Below are positions 9,216-18,518 of a DNA stretch of 64,000 bases, in pieces; positions within the stretch are counted from its first letter, which is position 1, and every line of letters begins with the position of its first letter. The notes beneath the pieces are model-generated. The model had not been told where the DNA came from. It was given only the letters and a program-made list of their open reading frames with translations, and made no database searches. Location of the stretch: contig CAVYXG010000007.1 of assembly GCA_963772375.1 (NCBI GenBank), forward strand, positions 187,926 through 251,925, in the 5' to 3' direction. The DNA comes from an uncultured Actinomycetes bacterium (GTDB lineage Bacteria; Actinomycetota; UBA4738; JACQTL01). Made by a program: the position numbers and the translations under genes.

Positions 9216-10547
9216 ATGGCGAACGACGGCCAAGGAGGTCTCCGCGGCCTCTTCCGCGTCCGGGGGTTCCGGCGGCTGTTCGCCGGGCAGGCGGTCTCCG
9301 GGCTCGGCGACTGGGTGGCGACGCTCGCGTTCATCGCGCTGGCGTACGGCATCACCGGGAACCAGACCGCCGTCGCCGTCGTGCTGATCCTGCGGCTGGT
9401 CCCGCCGATCTTCGCCGCGCCGGTGGGGGGCGTGCTGGCCGACCGGCTCGACCGCCGCCTGCTGATGGTCACGTGCGACCTGGCGCGGGCGGCGCTGATC
9501 GTGCTGGTGCCGTTCTTCGGGATCGCCGGGCTCTACGTGATCGCGTTCGTGCACGAATGCCTGTCGCTGGTGTTCCTGCCGGCGCGCGACGCGAGCGTGC
9601 CGCTGCTCGTGGACGACGAGGAACAGCTCCCGCTCGCGAACGGGCTGATCCTCGCCTCGTCGTTCGGGGCGATCCCGTTCGCGGCGGCGGTGTTCGGGGC
9701 CCTCCGGCTGGCGGCATCGCACATCCCGGGCTGGGTCCCGTTCGGGAACGCGATGCGCTCGCACCCCACCTCCATGGCGTTCTTCTTCGACTCGGCGACG
9801 TTCCTGTTCTCGGCCCTGATGGTCGTCCGGATCCACCGAATCCCCTCCGGCGGACGGGCGGCCGACCAGTCGGCGTTCAAGGGGCTGGCGGAGGCGTTCC
9901 GGTACATCCTGCGGACGCCGATCCTGCGGTCGCTCTCGGTCGGGCTCGTGGTGTCGATGTTCGGCGGCGGGGTGCTGTTCGCGGTCGGCATCGCGTACAT
10001 CCACCAGACGCTGCAGGGAACGGACGTCGACTTCGGGTGGCTGGCCGCGCTGTGGGGCTCGGGGATGGCGATCGGGCTCGGCGTGGTGCGGTTCCTGGTG
10101 CGCGAGCGCGGCGAGCCGTGGGTGTTCCTCGCGGCCGTGACGATGTGCGGCGGGATCCTGATCGTGATGGCGCTGCTGCCGTACCTGTGGCTGGCGTTCG
10201 CGATCGCGGTGGTGTTCGGGGCGTCGTTCTCCGTCGCGATCATGGTCGCGTTGTCGATGACGCAGCGGGTGACCGAGGACCGCATCCGGGGGCGGATCAT
10301 GGGCGGGGTGCAGATGCTGTTCCGGGTCGGCCTCGGCGTGGGGGCGCTCGGGATCGGCGCGCTCGCCTACTCGATCGGCGACGTGCACCTGGTGATCTCG
10401 CTCGACGGCAACCAGATCGGACTGCTGGCGGGCGGGGTGCTGATCCTGCTCGGTGCGGCCGCCAGCGCCGGGGTGCTCCGCCACGCGAAGGCGGCGCAGG
10501 AGCCGATCGACGACCGCATGGTGGAACCGGCCGAGTCCTCAGCCTGA
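9216..10547 (+). CDS. MFS transporter (EntS/MFS_3-like)
   Basis: ATG at 9216. FRRLFAGQAVSGLGDWVATLAFIALAY...VLADRLDRR, about 12 hydrophobic helices. Confidence 0.85.
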   Translation: MANDGQGGLRGLFRVRGFRRLFAGQAVSGLGDWVATLAFIALAYGITGNQTAVAVVLILRLVPPIFAAPVGGVLADRLDRRLLMVTCDLARAALIVLVPFFGIAGLYVIAFVHECLSLVFLPARDASVPLLVDDEEQLPLANGLILASSFGAIPFAAAVFGALRLAASHIPGWVPFGNAMRSHPTSMAFFFDSATFLFSALMVVRIHRIPSGGRAADQSAFKGLAEAFRYILRTPILRSLSVGLVVSMFGGGVLFAVGIAYIHQTLQGTDVDFGWLAALWGSGMAIGLGVVRFLVRERGEPWVFLAAVTMCGGILIVMALLPYLWLAFAIAVVFGASFSVAIMVALSMTQRVTEDRIRGRIMGGVQMLFRVGLGVGALGIGALAYSIGDVHLVISLDGNQIGLLAGGVLILLGAAASAGVLRHAKAAQEPIDDRMVEPAESSA

Positions 10548-11423
10548 GGTCGGCGCCTGCGTCGGCGGGTAGGGCGGCGGCCGGTGGATCCCCTCGGCGT
10601 TCAGCTTCCCGGTGATCGCCTGCCGCATGGCCCGCTCGACCTCGACGCGCTTGGAGGGCTCCGTCTCGGCCGTGACCCGGATGACCTGTGCGTTCTCGGT
10701 GAGCTGCGTGACGCCCAGCACCTTCGGCTCCTCCCGGAGGCCCGACGCGTACGGCTCGACGTCCGCTACATCCTGGAGCAGCGCTTCGATCAGGTCCTGC
10801 ACCTTCTCGGCGTCCTCGTCCAGGGCGATCCGCAGGTCGACGATGGCGCGGCCCCACCCTCGCGTCTTGTTCCGCGTGATCTGGATCAGGCCGTTGGCCA
10901 CGGTCGACAGCGTCCCGTCGAACTCCCGGACCGAGGTCGCGCGCAGCGACAGGCGTTCGACGGTACCGGCGATCACGCCGCCGTCGGTCTCCAGCTGCAC
11001 GGCGTCGCCCACGTCGAACTGCCCTTCGAGCACGAGGAACAGGCCGCTGATCGTGTCGGCGACCAGCTGCTGCGCCCCGAACCCGATCGCGAGTCCGGCA
11101 ATGCCGGCGCTCGCGATCAACGGCCCGAGGGCGACGCCGAAGAACGAGACGAGGCTGAACACCACCACGGACCAGGCGATCACGATGATCACCCCGCCGG
11201 CCAGGCCCACCGCGGTGGCCAGGCGCCGGCGCCGGCGGCCGGCGGGATCGTCCCCGGAAGTCGCCGCACGACGCCGGTAGCGCCGAACGTAGTGATGGAC
11301 GATCCACGAGGCGATGACCGCGATCGCCAGCGCGATCCCAACGCCCAGCGCGAACCGCAACCACCACTCGCCCGAGAAGATCTTGAGGTTGTCGGCCGCC
11401 GCCAGCGACGCGAGGTTGGTCAC
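10539..11423 (-). CDS. small-conductance mechanosensitive channel (MscS family)
   Basis: 294 aa with 3 N-terminal TM helices, GFGAQQLVADTISGLFLVLEGQFDVGD and a beta-domain. Confidence 0.85.
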   Translation of the reverse strand: MTNLASLAAADNLKIFSGEWWLRFALGVGIALAIAVIASWIVHHYVRRYRRRAATSGDDPAGRRRRRLATAVGLAGGVIIVIAWSVVVFSLVSFFGVALGPLIASAGIAGLAIGFGAQQLVADTISGLFLVLEGQFDVGDAVQLETDGGVIAGTVERLSLRATSVREFDGTLSTVANGLIQITRNKTRGWGRAIVDLRIALDEDAEKVQDLIEALLQDVADVEPYASGLREEPKVLGVTQLTENAQVIRVTAETEPSKRVEVERAMRQAITGKLNAEGIHRPPPYPPTQAPTSG

Positions 11424-11604
11424 GCGCGGACGATACTCCCGGTTCGGCGCCCGGCACCCGGATCGGCGGTCGGGCCCGCGCTTTGCCGCCCGGGGGCGAC
11501 GCCGGACCGCAGGCCAGCGTGCCGCGAGTCATCCGAGATGGCCACCCTCACGACGACACTGATCCGATTCCAGGACACCCGGTCCGTGCAATGATCGGCG
11601 CCGA

Positions 11605-11990
11605 GTGGACGAGCATCCGAACGCAGCAGCGTACCGACGGACGGCGGACGCCTTCCGGGCCGCCGACATGGACTCGCTGCGAAGCCTGATCGACGACGAC
11701 TGGTCTGGCACGTCCCCGGCAGGAACCGCCTTTCGGGCGAGGTGGTGGGTCGAGCCCTCTTCGAATGGTTCGACCGGCTGCGAGGCGTCACCGGCGGGTC
11801 GTTCCTGCTCGAGGAGCACGACGTCATGGCCAACGACGAGCACGTGGTGGCACTGGGCCGGATGTCGGCGGTGCGGGAGACGCCGTTGAGCGTCGAGGTC
11901 GTGAGCGTCTTCCACTACCGAGACGGCCGGCAGTCCGAACGCTGGTTCCTGCCGGCCGATCCCGATGCCTGGGATCGCATGTTCTCGTAA
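11605..11990 (+). pseudogene. SnoaL/NTF2-like protein interrupted by a 1-nt frameshift near 11700-11706
   Basis: N-terminus MDEHPNAAAYRRTADAFRAADMDSLRSLIDDD is in the frame of 11605. The C-terminus WHVPGRNRLSGEVVGRALFEWFDRL...VFHYRDGRQSERWF is in the frame of 11742. Together they form one NTF2-like domain. Confidence 0.7.
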
Positions 11991-12373
11991 GCACCCCCCT
12001 CAGCCGCGGTGCCGTCAAGGGGCCGGCGAGTCGGAACTCCCGTCGTGAGGATCACCGACCCGGTGGCCTCGCACCGACCGAGGCACCGACGGGCCCCGCA
12101 CGCCGGCGTTATGACACCTGGCCGGGCGACGCTGGAACGGCGAGGTGTCGAACACCCTTCGCCGTCAGATTCCGGAACCAGAGCGGTTCGAAATCACGTC
12201 GCCGTCCACCTGGCCCCCTCGATTCGCTCGGCCGCATTCTCCTTCGCCACGGAACGGCGTGCGGATGTCCGCCGGCGATCCGACGAGCGCTGTGCCGCGA
12301 ACACCCGGCAGGCCTGGCCGAGCGCGGCCTCCGCCGCTACCATCGCGCCCGTCCGGGGGGGAGCCGCACCCAC

Positions 12374-13246
12374 ATGAGTCCGAACCGCACCGACATCGAG
12401 CACGCCGCCCTCACGACGCGGTGGGTTCGGGCGATGGACGTCTCCACGCCCGTCTCCGAGGCCGGCGCGCTCGACGCGCGGGAGGCCGTCGTCTACGTCC
12501 ACGGGAACCCCGGGTCGCGCAGGGATTTCGGGATGCTGGTCGCGAGCACGGGGACGTTCGTCCGTTCGATCGCGTTCGACATGCCGGGGTTCGGCGAGGC
12601 CGACAAACCGCGGGATTTCGAGTACTCGGTCGAGGGGTTCGGGCGGTTCATCGACGAGGTGCTGGGCCGGCTCGGGATCGAACGCGTCCACCTGGTCGTG
12701 CACGACTTCGGCACGGCGTACGGACTGCACTGGGCCGTCACGTACCCGAACGCGTTCGCCAGCGTGGTCGTGATCAACGGGCCGCCGGTGAGCGACTACC
12801 GGTGGTACGCGCTGGCGCGCGTGTGGCGGACGCCCGTCGCCGGCGAGGTGCTCCACGGCACGCTCACCCGGCCGTTCTTCGAGCTGAACGTCCGCCGCGG
12901 GAACCCCAAGCGGCTGCCCGACGAGTTCGTCGGACGGATGTGGCGCGAGTACGACCGGGGAACACGCCGCGCGGTGCTCGGCCTGTATCGGGCGACGCCG
13001 GCCAATCGCATGGTGCCGGCCGGGCCGGCGGAGTTCGCCGCTCTGGGCCGCCCCGCCCTCGTCGTGTGGGGATCGAACGACGCCTACATCCCGCGGCGGT
13101 TCGCCGAACAGCACCGCGAGGCGTTCCCCGGCGTGGAGATCGTCGACATCCCGCACGCCAGCCACTGGCCGATGGTCGACCAGCCGCGGGCGGTCGGTGA
13201 CGCCGTGGTGCCGTTCCTGCGCGGACAGGTCGAGGGCGGCGCATGA
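12374..13246 (+). CDS. alpha/beta hydrolase
   Basis: ATG at 12374. VYVHGNPGSRRDF, nucleophile elbow VVHDFGTAYG, C-terminal HASHWPMVDQP. Confidence 0.85.
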   Translation: MSPNRTDIEHAALTTRWVRAMDVSTPVSEAGALDAREAVVYVHGNPGSRRDFGMLVASTGTFVRSIAFDMPGFGEADKPRDFEYSVEGFGRFIDEVLGRLGIERVHLVVHDFGTAYGLHWAVTYPNAFASVVVINGPPVSDYRWYALARVWRTPVAGEVLHGTLTRPFFELNVRRGNPKRLPDEFVGRMWREYDRGTRRAVLGLYRATPANRMVPAGPAEFAALGRPALVVWGSNDAYIPRRFAEQHREAFPGVEIVDIPHASHWPMVDQPRAVGDAVVPFLRGQVEGGA

Positions 13247-14601
13247 CCGACGCGCCGGCCGACGGTCGAGCGAGCCCGATCTTCGAGCCGTTCACCATCA
13301 ACGGGGTCGAGTTCCGCAACCGCATCCTGCGTTCGTCGATCGGCGGCCGGTACGCCTACTACGACGGCACGGTGAACCCGGTGTGGGCTCGGTTCGAGCG
13401 GCGGTTCGCCGAGGGCGGCGTTGGCGGGCTGATCTCCGCGACCATCACGGTCGACGACCACCGGTGGGCGCCGATGGAGTACCCCAAGATCAGTCAGGAC
13501 AAGTTCATCGGGCCCATCGCGGAGGGCGTCCGCAAGGTCCAGGCGCTCGGATGCCGGTACGTGATGCAGATCGGCGACCCCGGCTACCACACGCAGGCCG
13601 GGCTGTTCACCGAGGCCACCGACGAGCGGTCGTCATCCGGCGGGTTCGACCTGCTGTACGGCTACCGGTCGACCAGGCGCGCGATGACCGTGGGCGAGAT
13701 CGAACGAACCGTCCAGAACTTCGCCGACGCCGCGAGACGCGTCCGTGAGGCCGGGTGCGACGGCCTCGAGGTCACCGCGTCCAAGGGCTACCTGATCCAC
13801 CAGTTCCTGAACCCGGCGATCAACCGACGCACCGACCGCTACGGCGGCAGCGTCCGCAATCGCTTCCGGTTCCTCGAGGAGGTCGTCGGGGCGATCCGCG
13901 ACGAGGTCGGGCGCGACTTCCTGTTCGGCGTCCGCCTGAGTGCGGCCGACTACAACTACCTCCCGGTGAACGTCCGGTGGCCGCCCGTGCGCCCGCTGCG
14001 GAACTGGTGGTTCGGCAACGGCCTGCACGAGACGCTGCAGTTCGGCCGGTGGCTCCGCGACCTCGACATCGACTACCTGCACATCTCCAACGGGTTCGGG
14101 TTCATCAACCCCAAGGAGAACCCCGGCGACTTCCCGACCAGGGAGCTCCGGGTCTTCTACAGCTCGGTGCGCCACCTGTCGGGGAAGGCGTCGGCGCGCT
14201 CGGCCCTGATGAACTCCGTGCCGTTCCCGCTGCTCCACCGCGTCGGAAGCGCGGGCTGGCACGCGAAGCGCGGCGCGAACCTCGACGACGCGCGACGGTT
14301 CCGCGAGGTCGTCGGCCTGCCGGTCATCGCGAACGGCGGCTTCCAGCAGCGTTCGTTCATCGAACACGCCATCGAGACCGGCGGCTGCGACATGGTCTCG
14401 ATGGCGAGGCCGCTGCTGGCCAACCCCGACCTCCCCGAGCAGTTCCGCGCCGGCGTCGACGTCCCCGACCGGCCGTGCACCTTCTGCAACCGGTGCACGA
14501 TCCGCACGACCACCGGCCCGCTCGGCTGCTACGAGCCGAAGCGCTTCGGGAGTGTCGAGGCGATGGAACGCCAGATCCTCGACTGGGCCTCGCCCGACTG
14601 A
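13243..14601 (+). CDS. NADH:flavin oxidoreductase (Old Yellow Enzyme / 2,4-dienoyl-CoA reductase-like TIM barrel)
   Basis: FEPFTINGVEFRNRILRSS...GCDGLEVTASKGYLIHQFLNPAINRRTDRYGGS. The start overlaps the upstream stop (ATGA). Confidence 0.85.
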   Translation: MTDAPADGRASPIFEPFTINGVEFRNRILRSSIGGRYAYYDGTVNPVWARFERRFAEGGVGGLISATITVDDHRWAPMEYPKISQDKFIGPIAEGVRKVQALGCRYVMQIGDPGYHTQAGLFTEATDERSSSGGFDLLYGYRSTRRAMTVGEIERTVQNFADAARRVREAGCDGLEVTASKGYLIHQFLNPAINRRTDRYGGSVRNRFRFLEEVVGAIRDEVGRDFLFGVRLSAADYNYLPVNVRWPPVRPLRNWWFGNGLHETLQFGRWLRDLDIDYLHISNGFGFINPKENPGDFPTRELRVFYSSVRHLSGKASARSALMNSVPFPLLHRVGSAGWHAKRGANLDDARRFREVVGLPVIANGGFQQRSFIEHAIETGGCDMVSMARPLLANPDLPEQFRAGVDVPDRPCTFCNRCTIRTTTGPLGCYEPKRFGSVEAMERQILDWASPD

Positions 14602-14632
14602 GGCGACCGACTGACCCGCGAGAGAGCCGGGC

Positions 14633-15226
14633 TCACATCTCGCGGCGGCCCTCGAGGGCCTGGCCCAGCGTGATCTCGTCCGCGTACTCGAGGTCGCCTC
14701 CGACGGGGAGGCCGCTCGCCAGGCGCGTCACCCTGATGCCGGACGGTCGCAGCAGCGCGGCGATGTACATCGCGGTGGCGTTCCCCTCCAGGTTGGGATT
14801 GGTCGCGAGGATGACCTCGACCACGCCGTCGCGCTGGACCCGGTCGAGCAGCTCCTGCACACGGAGGTCCTCCGGCCCGATGCCGTCGAGCGGGCTGATC
14901 GCGCCGCCGAGCACATGGTACCGGCCCTTCATCACGCCGGCCTTCTCGAGCGACGCGACGTCCTTGGGCTCCTCCACGACGCAGATCATCGTGACGTCCC
15001 GCCCCGCGTCGCGGCAGATCCGGCAGCGGTCGCCCTCGGCGACGTTGCCGCATTCGTCGCAGAACCGCATGAGCTCCTTGGCCCGGACGATCGCGGTCGA
15101 CAGCCGCCTGGCCTCGTCCTCGGACGCCTTCACGATGTGGAACGCCAGCCGTTGCGCCGACTTCGGCCCGATGCCGGGAAGCCGGGCGAGCTCGTCGATC
15201 AGCTCCTGGATCGGTCCCTCGTACAC
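14633..15226 (-). CDS. recR: recombination protein RecR
   Basis: GTG start at 15226. [19 protein letters not shown]4 zinc finger CDECGNV..CRIC, Toprim VVEEPKD. Confidence 0.95.
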   Translation of the reverse strand: MYEGPIQELIDELARLPGIGPKSAQRLAFHIVKASEDEARRLSTAIVRAKELMRFCDECGNVAEGDRCRICRDAGRDVTMICVVEEPKDVASLEKAGVMKGRYHVLGGAISPLDGIGPEDLRVQELLDRVQRDGVVEVILATNPNLEGNATAMYIAALLRPSGIRVTRLASGLPVGGDLEYADEITLGQALEGRREM

Positions 15227-15230
15227 GCGG

Positions 15231-17003
15231 TCACCAGCCCTCGGGCTCGGGGGCCTCGGTGGCGTCGAACTCGGCCTTCAACCGCGCCAGCACGGCCTCC
15301 TCGCCGAGCGGCGGGGCCTCCTCGACGACCTCCACGGCAGGCCCGGCCCCGCTGCCACCGCCCGCCTCGCGGACGACGCACTTGATGCGCGGCGAGACCC
15401 CGAACATCTGCTGGAGCGCGTCGCGGAGCTCCTGCTCGCGCTCCCCCACCTTCGTCACCGCGAACGAACGCTTGGGTGGGAACGCCAGCTGGAGCGTGAC
15501 GCCGTCGTAGGCGACGGGTGTGGCCAGGTCGAGCTGCGCCCGCAGGACCGGACCGAGGTGCTCCGTCACGTCCGACCACGAGCGCCGCAGGAGCTCGACG
15601 TCGACGGCGGCAGGGGTCGACGGCGCCCCCGCAAGGATCGACGGCGCCTCGGCCGGAGCCGACGGTGGAGCGGCCGGTTCGGCCTCCTCCGCCGTGCCGG
15701 CGACCTCGGCCGGAGGTGGTTCGTTCCGCTCCGGAGCCGGAGTCGTCTCCGAAGGCTTCTCCTGGGGCGACGGGGACGGCGTCGGAGCGGAGGCATTCGG
15801 TTCGGCTTCGGGGACCCGGACCGGAGCGTCGCCGGCGGTGGGGTCGTGCACGCCCGCGAGGCGTTCGAGGCGCTCCATGCGGGCGATCAGCGCCTCCGGC
15901 GCGGGATCGGTCTCCGGCATCGTCGCGCGGACCAGGGCGAGCTCCAGCGTCAGCCGCGGCGAGGTCGTCCACCGCATGTCCGTCTGGGCGGCCAGCAGCA
16001 GCGCGATCACCCGCGACAGCTCGGCGGCCGTGAGCTTCGCCGCCTGCGCCCGGAGGCGTTCGTACTCGTCGGCCGTGACGTCGACGAGGTCGGCCTGCCC
16101 GGGGGCGGTGTTCGCCAGCAGGAGGTTCCGGAAGTGCTGGAGCAGCTCGCTCGTGACGTGGCGGACGTCCTGACCCTCCTGGACCAGCGCGTCGATCCGT
16201 GAGAACACCCCGCTCGTGTCCCCCACGGCGACCGCGTCGGCGATCGCGTACTGGACCTCCTGCCGGGGCGAACCCAGCAGCGCCTCCAGCACGTCCTCGC
16301 CGATCTCGGCGCCGCCGAGCACGGTGGCCTGGTCGAGCAGCGAGAGCGCGTCGCGGGCCGAGCCCTCCGACTGCCGCGCGATCGCCTCGGCGGCCGGCCT
16401 CGACAGGATCACGCCCTCGCTCTGCGCCACCGAGATCAGGTGCGAGGCCAGCACGTCCCCGCCGATCCGCCGGAAGTCGAACCGCTGGCACCGCCCCACG
16501 ATCGTCGCCGGCATCTTGTGCGGCTCGGTGGTGCACAGCACGAACCGAACCCCCTGCGGCGGTTCCTCGAACAGCTTCAACAGCGCGTCGAACGCCTCCC
16601 GGGACAGCCGCTGGGCCTCGTCGAGGATGTAGACCTTCTCGCGGCCGAGCGCGGGCGCGGTGGGCGCGCGTTCGCGGAGCTCCCTGGCGTCGTCCACCCC
16701 GCCGTGCGACGCCGCGTCGATCTCCACGACGTCGAGGTGCGAACCGGCCGCGATCCGCAAGCACTGTTCGCACGTGCCGCACGGCTCGGCCGTGGGCCCG
16801 TTCACGCAGTTCACCATCTTGGCGAGGATCCGGGCGGTGGAGGTCTTGCCGGTCCCCCTCGGCCCGCAGAACAGGTACGCGTGCGCCATGCGGCCCTCGC
16901 GCACGGCACCCACGAGCGCGCGCACGACGTGCTCCTGCCCGCGGACCTCGCCGGGAGTCTGCGGTCGGTACTTCCGGTACAGCGACTGGTACTCGTCGGC
17001 CAC
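15231..17003 (-). CDS. dnaX: DNA polymerase III subunits gamma/tau
   Basis: The start is placed at GTG 17003 ([15 protein letters not shown]), with GGGAGG about 10 nt upstream. The longer ORF up to 17234 would overlap the SRP RNA. Walker A is GPRGTGKTS. Confidence 0.9.
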   Translation of the reverse strand: MADEYQSLYRKYRPQTPGEVRGQEHVVRALVGAVREGRMAHAYLFCGPRGTGKTSTARILAKMVNCVNGPTAEPCGTCEQCLRIAAGSHLDVVEIDAASHGGVDDARELRERAPTAPALGREKVYILDEAQRLSREAFDALLKLFEEPPQGVRFVLCTTEPHKMPATIVGRCQRFDFRRIGGDVLASHLISVAQSEGVILSRPAAEAIARQSEGSARDALSLLDQATVLGGAEIGEDVLEALLGSPRQEVQYAIADAVAVGDTSGVFSRIDALVQEGQDVRHVTSELLQHFRNLLLANTAPGQADLVDVTADEYERLRAQAAKLTAAELSRVIALLLAAQTDMRWTTSPRLTLELALVRATMPETDPAPEALIARMERLERLAGVHDPTAGDAPVRVPEAEPNASAPTPSPSPQEKPSETTPAPERNEPPPAEVAGTAEEAEPAAPPSAPAEAPSILAGAPSTPAAVDVELLRRSWSDVTEHLGPVLRAQLDLATPVAYDGVTLQLAFPPKRSFAVTKVGEREQELRDALQQMFGVSPRIKCVVREAGGGSGAGPAVEVVEEAPPLGEEAVLARLKAEFDATEAPEPEGW

Positions 17004-17108
17004 GGCCTCAGGGCCTCCCTCGGGGAAGGGTCGCACAACAAAGGTGGTGACCGCGCAACCGCCGTCGACCCCACAGAGGACTCGGGCGCTCACCGGGCCG
17101 GCGGCTCC

Positions 17109-17205
17109 GGCCAGGCATCCCTGCGGCACCCGCCAGCGCCTGCTTACCGCTGCTTCCTTCCGGACCTGACGGGATTCGCAAGTTGGCGTCGCGCAGGACC
17201 CAGCC
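17109..17205 (-). ncRNA. ffs: signal recognition particle RNA (small bacterial 4.5S type)
   Basis: The minus strand contains the conserved domain IV motif GUCAGGUCCGGAAGGAAGCAGC, flanked by 5' GGCUGGGUCCUGCGC and 3' GCCGCAGGGAUGCCUGGCC that can pair. It lies immediately upstream of dnaX, as in many Gram-positives. The ends are approximate. Confidence 0.8.
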
Positions 17206-17522
17206 ATCGACGCCCCGGTACCCAGGGCGGCCACGGACCCTCCGGGCCTCGGACGGTATTCAGCCCCGCTAGAGCGGATTGCGGGTTCAGGGCACCGCTA
17301 GCTCCCCGCCTAGCGCGGTCACCACGGTCGAGTATACGCGGGACCCGGACACCTCTCCGGGAGACGGCCCGCACGTGCCTTGCGTCCTTCGCGCGGAGAG
17401 TGCTGAAATGCCCGCGGATCGTTCTGTCGGCAGGCGGGGTCGTCTGGCCCAAGAGGTCCTGGCCGGACCCACATCCGCGAGGCGATTCGTTCTCCACCCA
17501 GGGAGGGGAAAATGCGGCACAG

Positions 17523-18518
17523 GTGGCCGGCTCCGGCCTTGTCACCTTGCTCACGCTTGCCGCGGCGGGGTGGGTGACGCCGGCGGCCGCGTCGCACCGG
17601 GTGGCGGCAAGTGCCGGTACGGCGGCTGCGGCTAACCCCGTCTCGATGACCACCGACAGCTCCGCCTTCATCAGCGCGAACGCGGATGCCAACTTGGGCG
17701 ATCCCGACGTGGACGAGGCGACGAAGAATGGGAGATTTGGCGCGTTCCACCCATCTCCGGTGAGCGCGAGTCAGCACAACGACGCCCCAACGCTGCCCGA
17801 GGACGCTTCCGCGTCGGCGAGCCAGAGCTCGACCATCACACCCACGCCGGGGAACATGACGGACATCCACACGGAAGGTGGCGCGGAGGCGAGGACGGCG
17901 GGAACGACCCACAACTTCGCCGTGGCGCAAGCTGCCACCGAACTGCAACTCGTGATCAAGGTCACCCAAACCGTCGACATGGGCGTGACGGGGTCGCTCG
18001 ATGTCACAGGCAACGTCCCGAACGATGGGTGCGCGGTCGCCGAGATCGAGGGGCCACCGGCATTCGGCAGCCCGGCGGCGCGGCTGGGAGCTTGCACGTC
18101 CGCCCCGACCCCGCACGTGACGATCGACGACCATGTGACGTTGCATCCCGGCATGTATTCCATACGCGTCTACGCGAACGTCGACCAGCACGGGGCCGGC
18201 GATCAACCCGGAACGTTCACCGCGCGGTCGCAGTTCGACCTGGACATCGAATTCGCGACGTGCCCCGGCGCCGCGACGGCCTCCGGTGGGACGACCACCA
18301 CGCGCGCCGAGCCGGATCAGTGCGACGCGATCGGGCACGTCGTCTTCGACCGACATGCCCTCGGGAAGAAGCCCGACGCGTTTGTGCTGGACGGAGCCGG
18401 GGAGAATCCCGCCCTTCCCCTCAACCTGTCGCTGACGCGCGACACGGCGGAGACGGACCTGACGTTGTCGCCCGACGGAACGCGCATCGCATTCTCCCGC
18501 GGGGAGAGATCTTCGTGA
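17523..18518 (+). CDS. secreted protein of unknown function; probably the 5' part of a frameshifted PD40/RTX gene
   Basis: GTG at 17523 follows GGGAGGGG. Signal-like VAGSGLVTLLTLAAAGWVTPAAA. The ORF ends ...LSPDGTRIAFSRGERSS*, in the middle of a PD40 repeat. Confidence 0.55.
   Translation: MAGSGLVTLLTLAAAGWVTPAAASHRVAASAGTAAAANPVSMTTDSSAFISANADANLGDPDVDEATKNGRFGAFHPSPVSASQHNDAPTLPEDASASASQSSTITPTPGNMTDIHTEGGAEARTAGTTHNFAVAQAATELQLVIKVTQTVDMGVTGSLDVTGNVPNDGCAVAEIEGPPAFGSPAARLGACTSAPTPHVTIDDHVTLHPGMYSIRVYANVDQHGAGDQPGTFTARSQFDLDIEFATCPGAATASGGTTTTRAEPDQCDAIGHVVFDRHALGKKPDAFVLDGAGENPALPLNLSLTRDTAETDLTLSPDGTRIAFSRGERSS

Noticed and set aside
14616-14645. Perfect 8-bp inverted repeat CCGCGAGA...TCTCGCGG between convergent oxidoreductase and recR genes (possible bidirectional terminator)
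   Set aside because: The loop is 14 nt, there is no U-tract on either side, and the 3' arm lies inside the recR coding end. This is not enough to call a terminator.
15231-17003. Programmed ribosomal frameshift site in dnaX (gamma subunit)
   Set aside because: No A-AAA-AAG-type slippery heptamer was seen in the coding sequence.
17004-17234. Longer dnaX N-terminus starting at 17234
   Set aside because: It would overlap the SRP RNA gene. The conserved YRKYRP motif lies 8 codons after the GTG at 17003, which has a GGGAGG Shine-Dalgarno.
16440-17522. Upstream 360 codons of the 692-aa plus-strand ORF
   Set aside because: This part is antisense to dnaX and the SRP RNA and junk-like. The real gene begins at the signal peptide (GTG at 17523).
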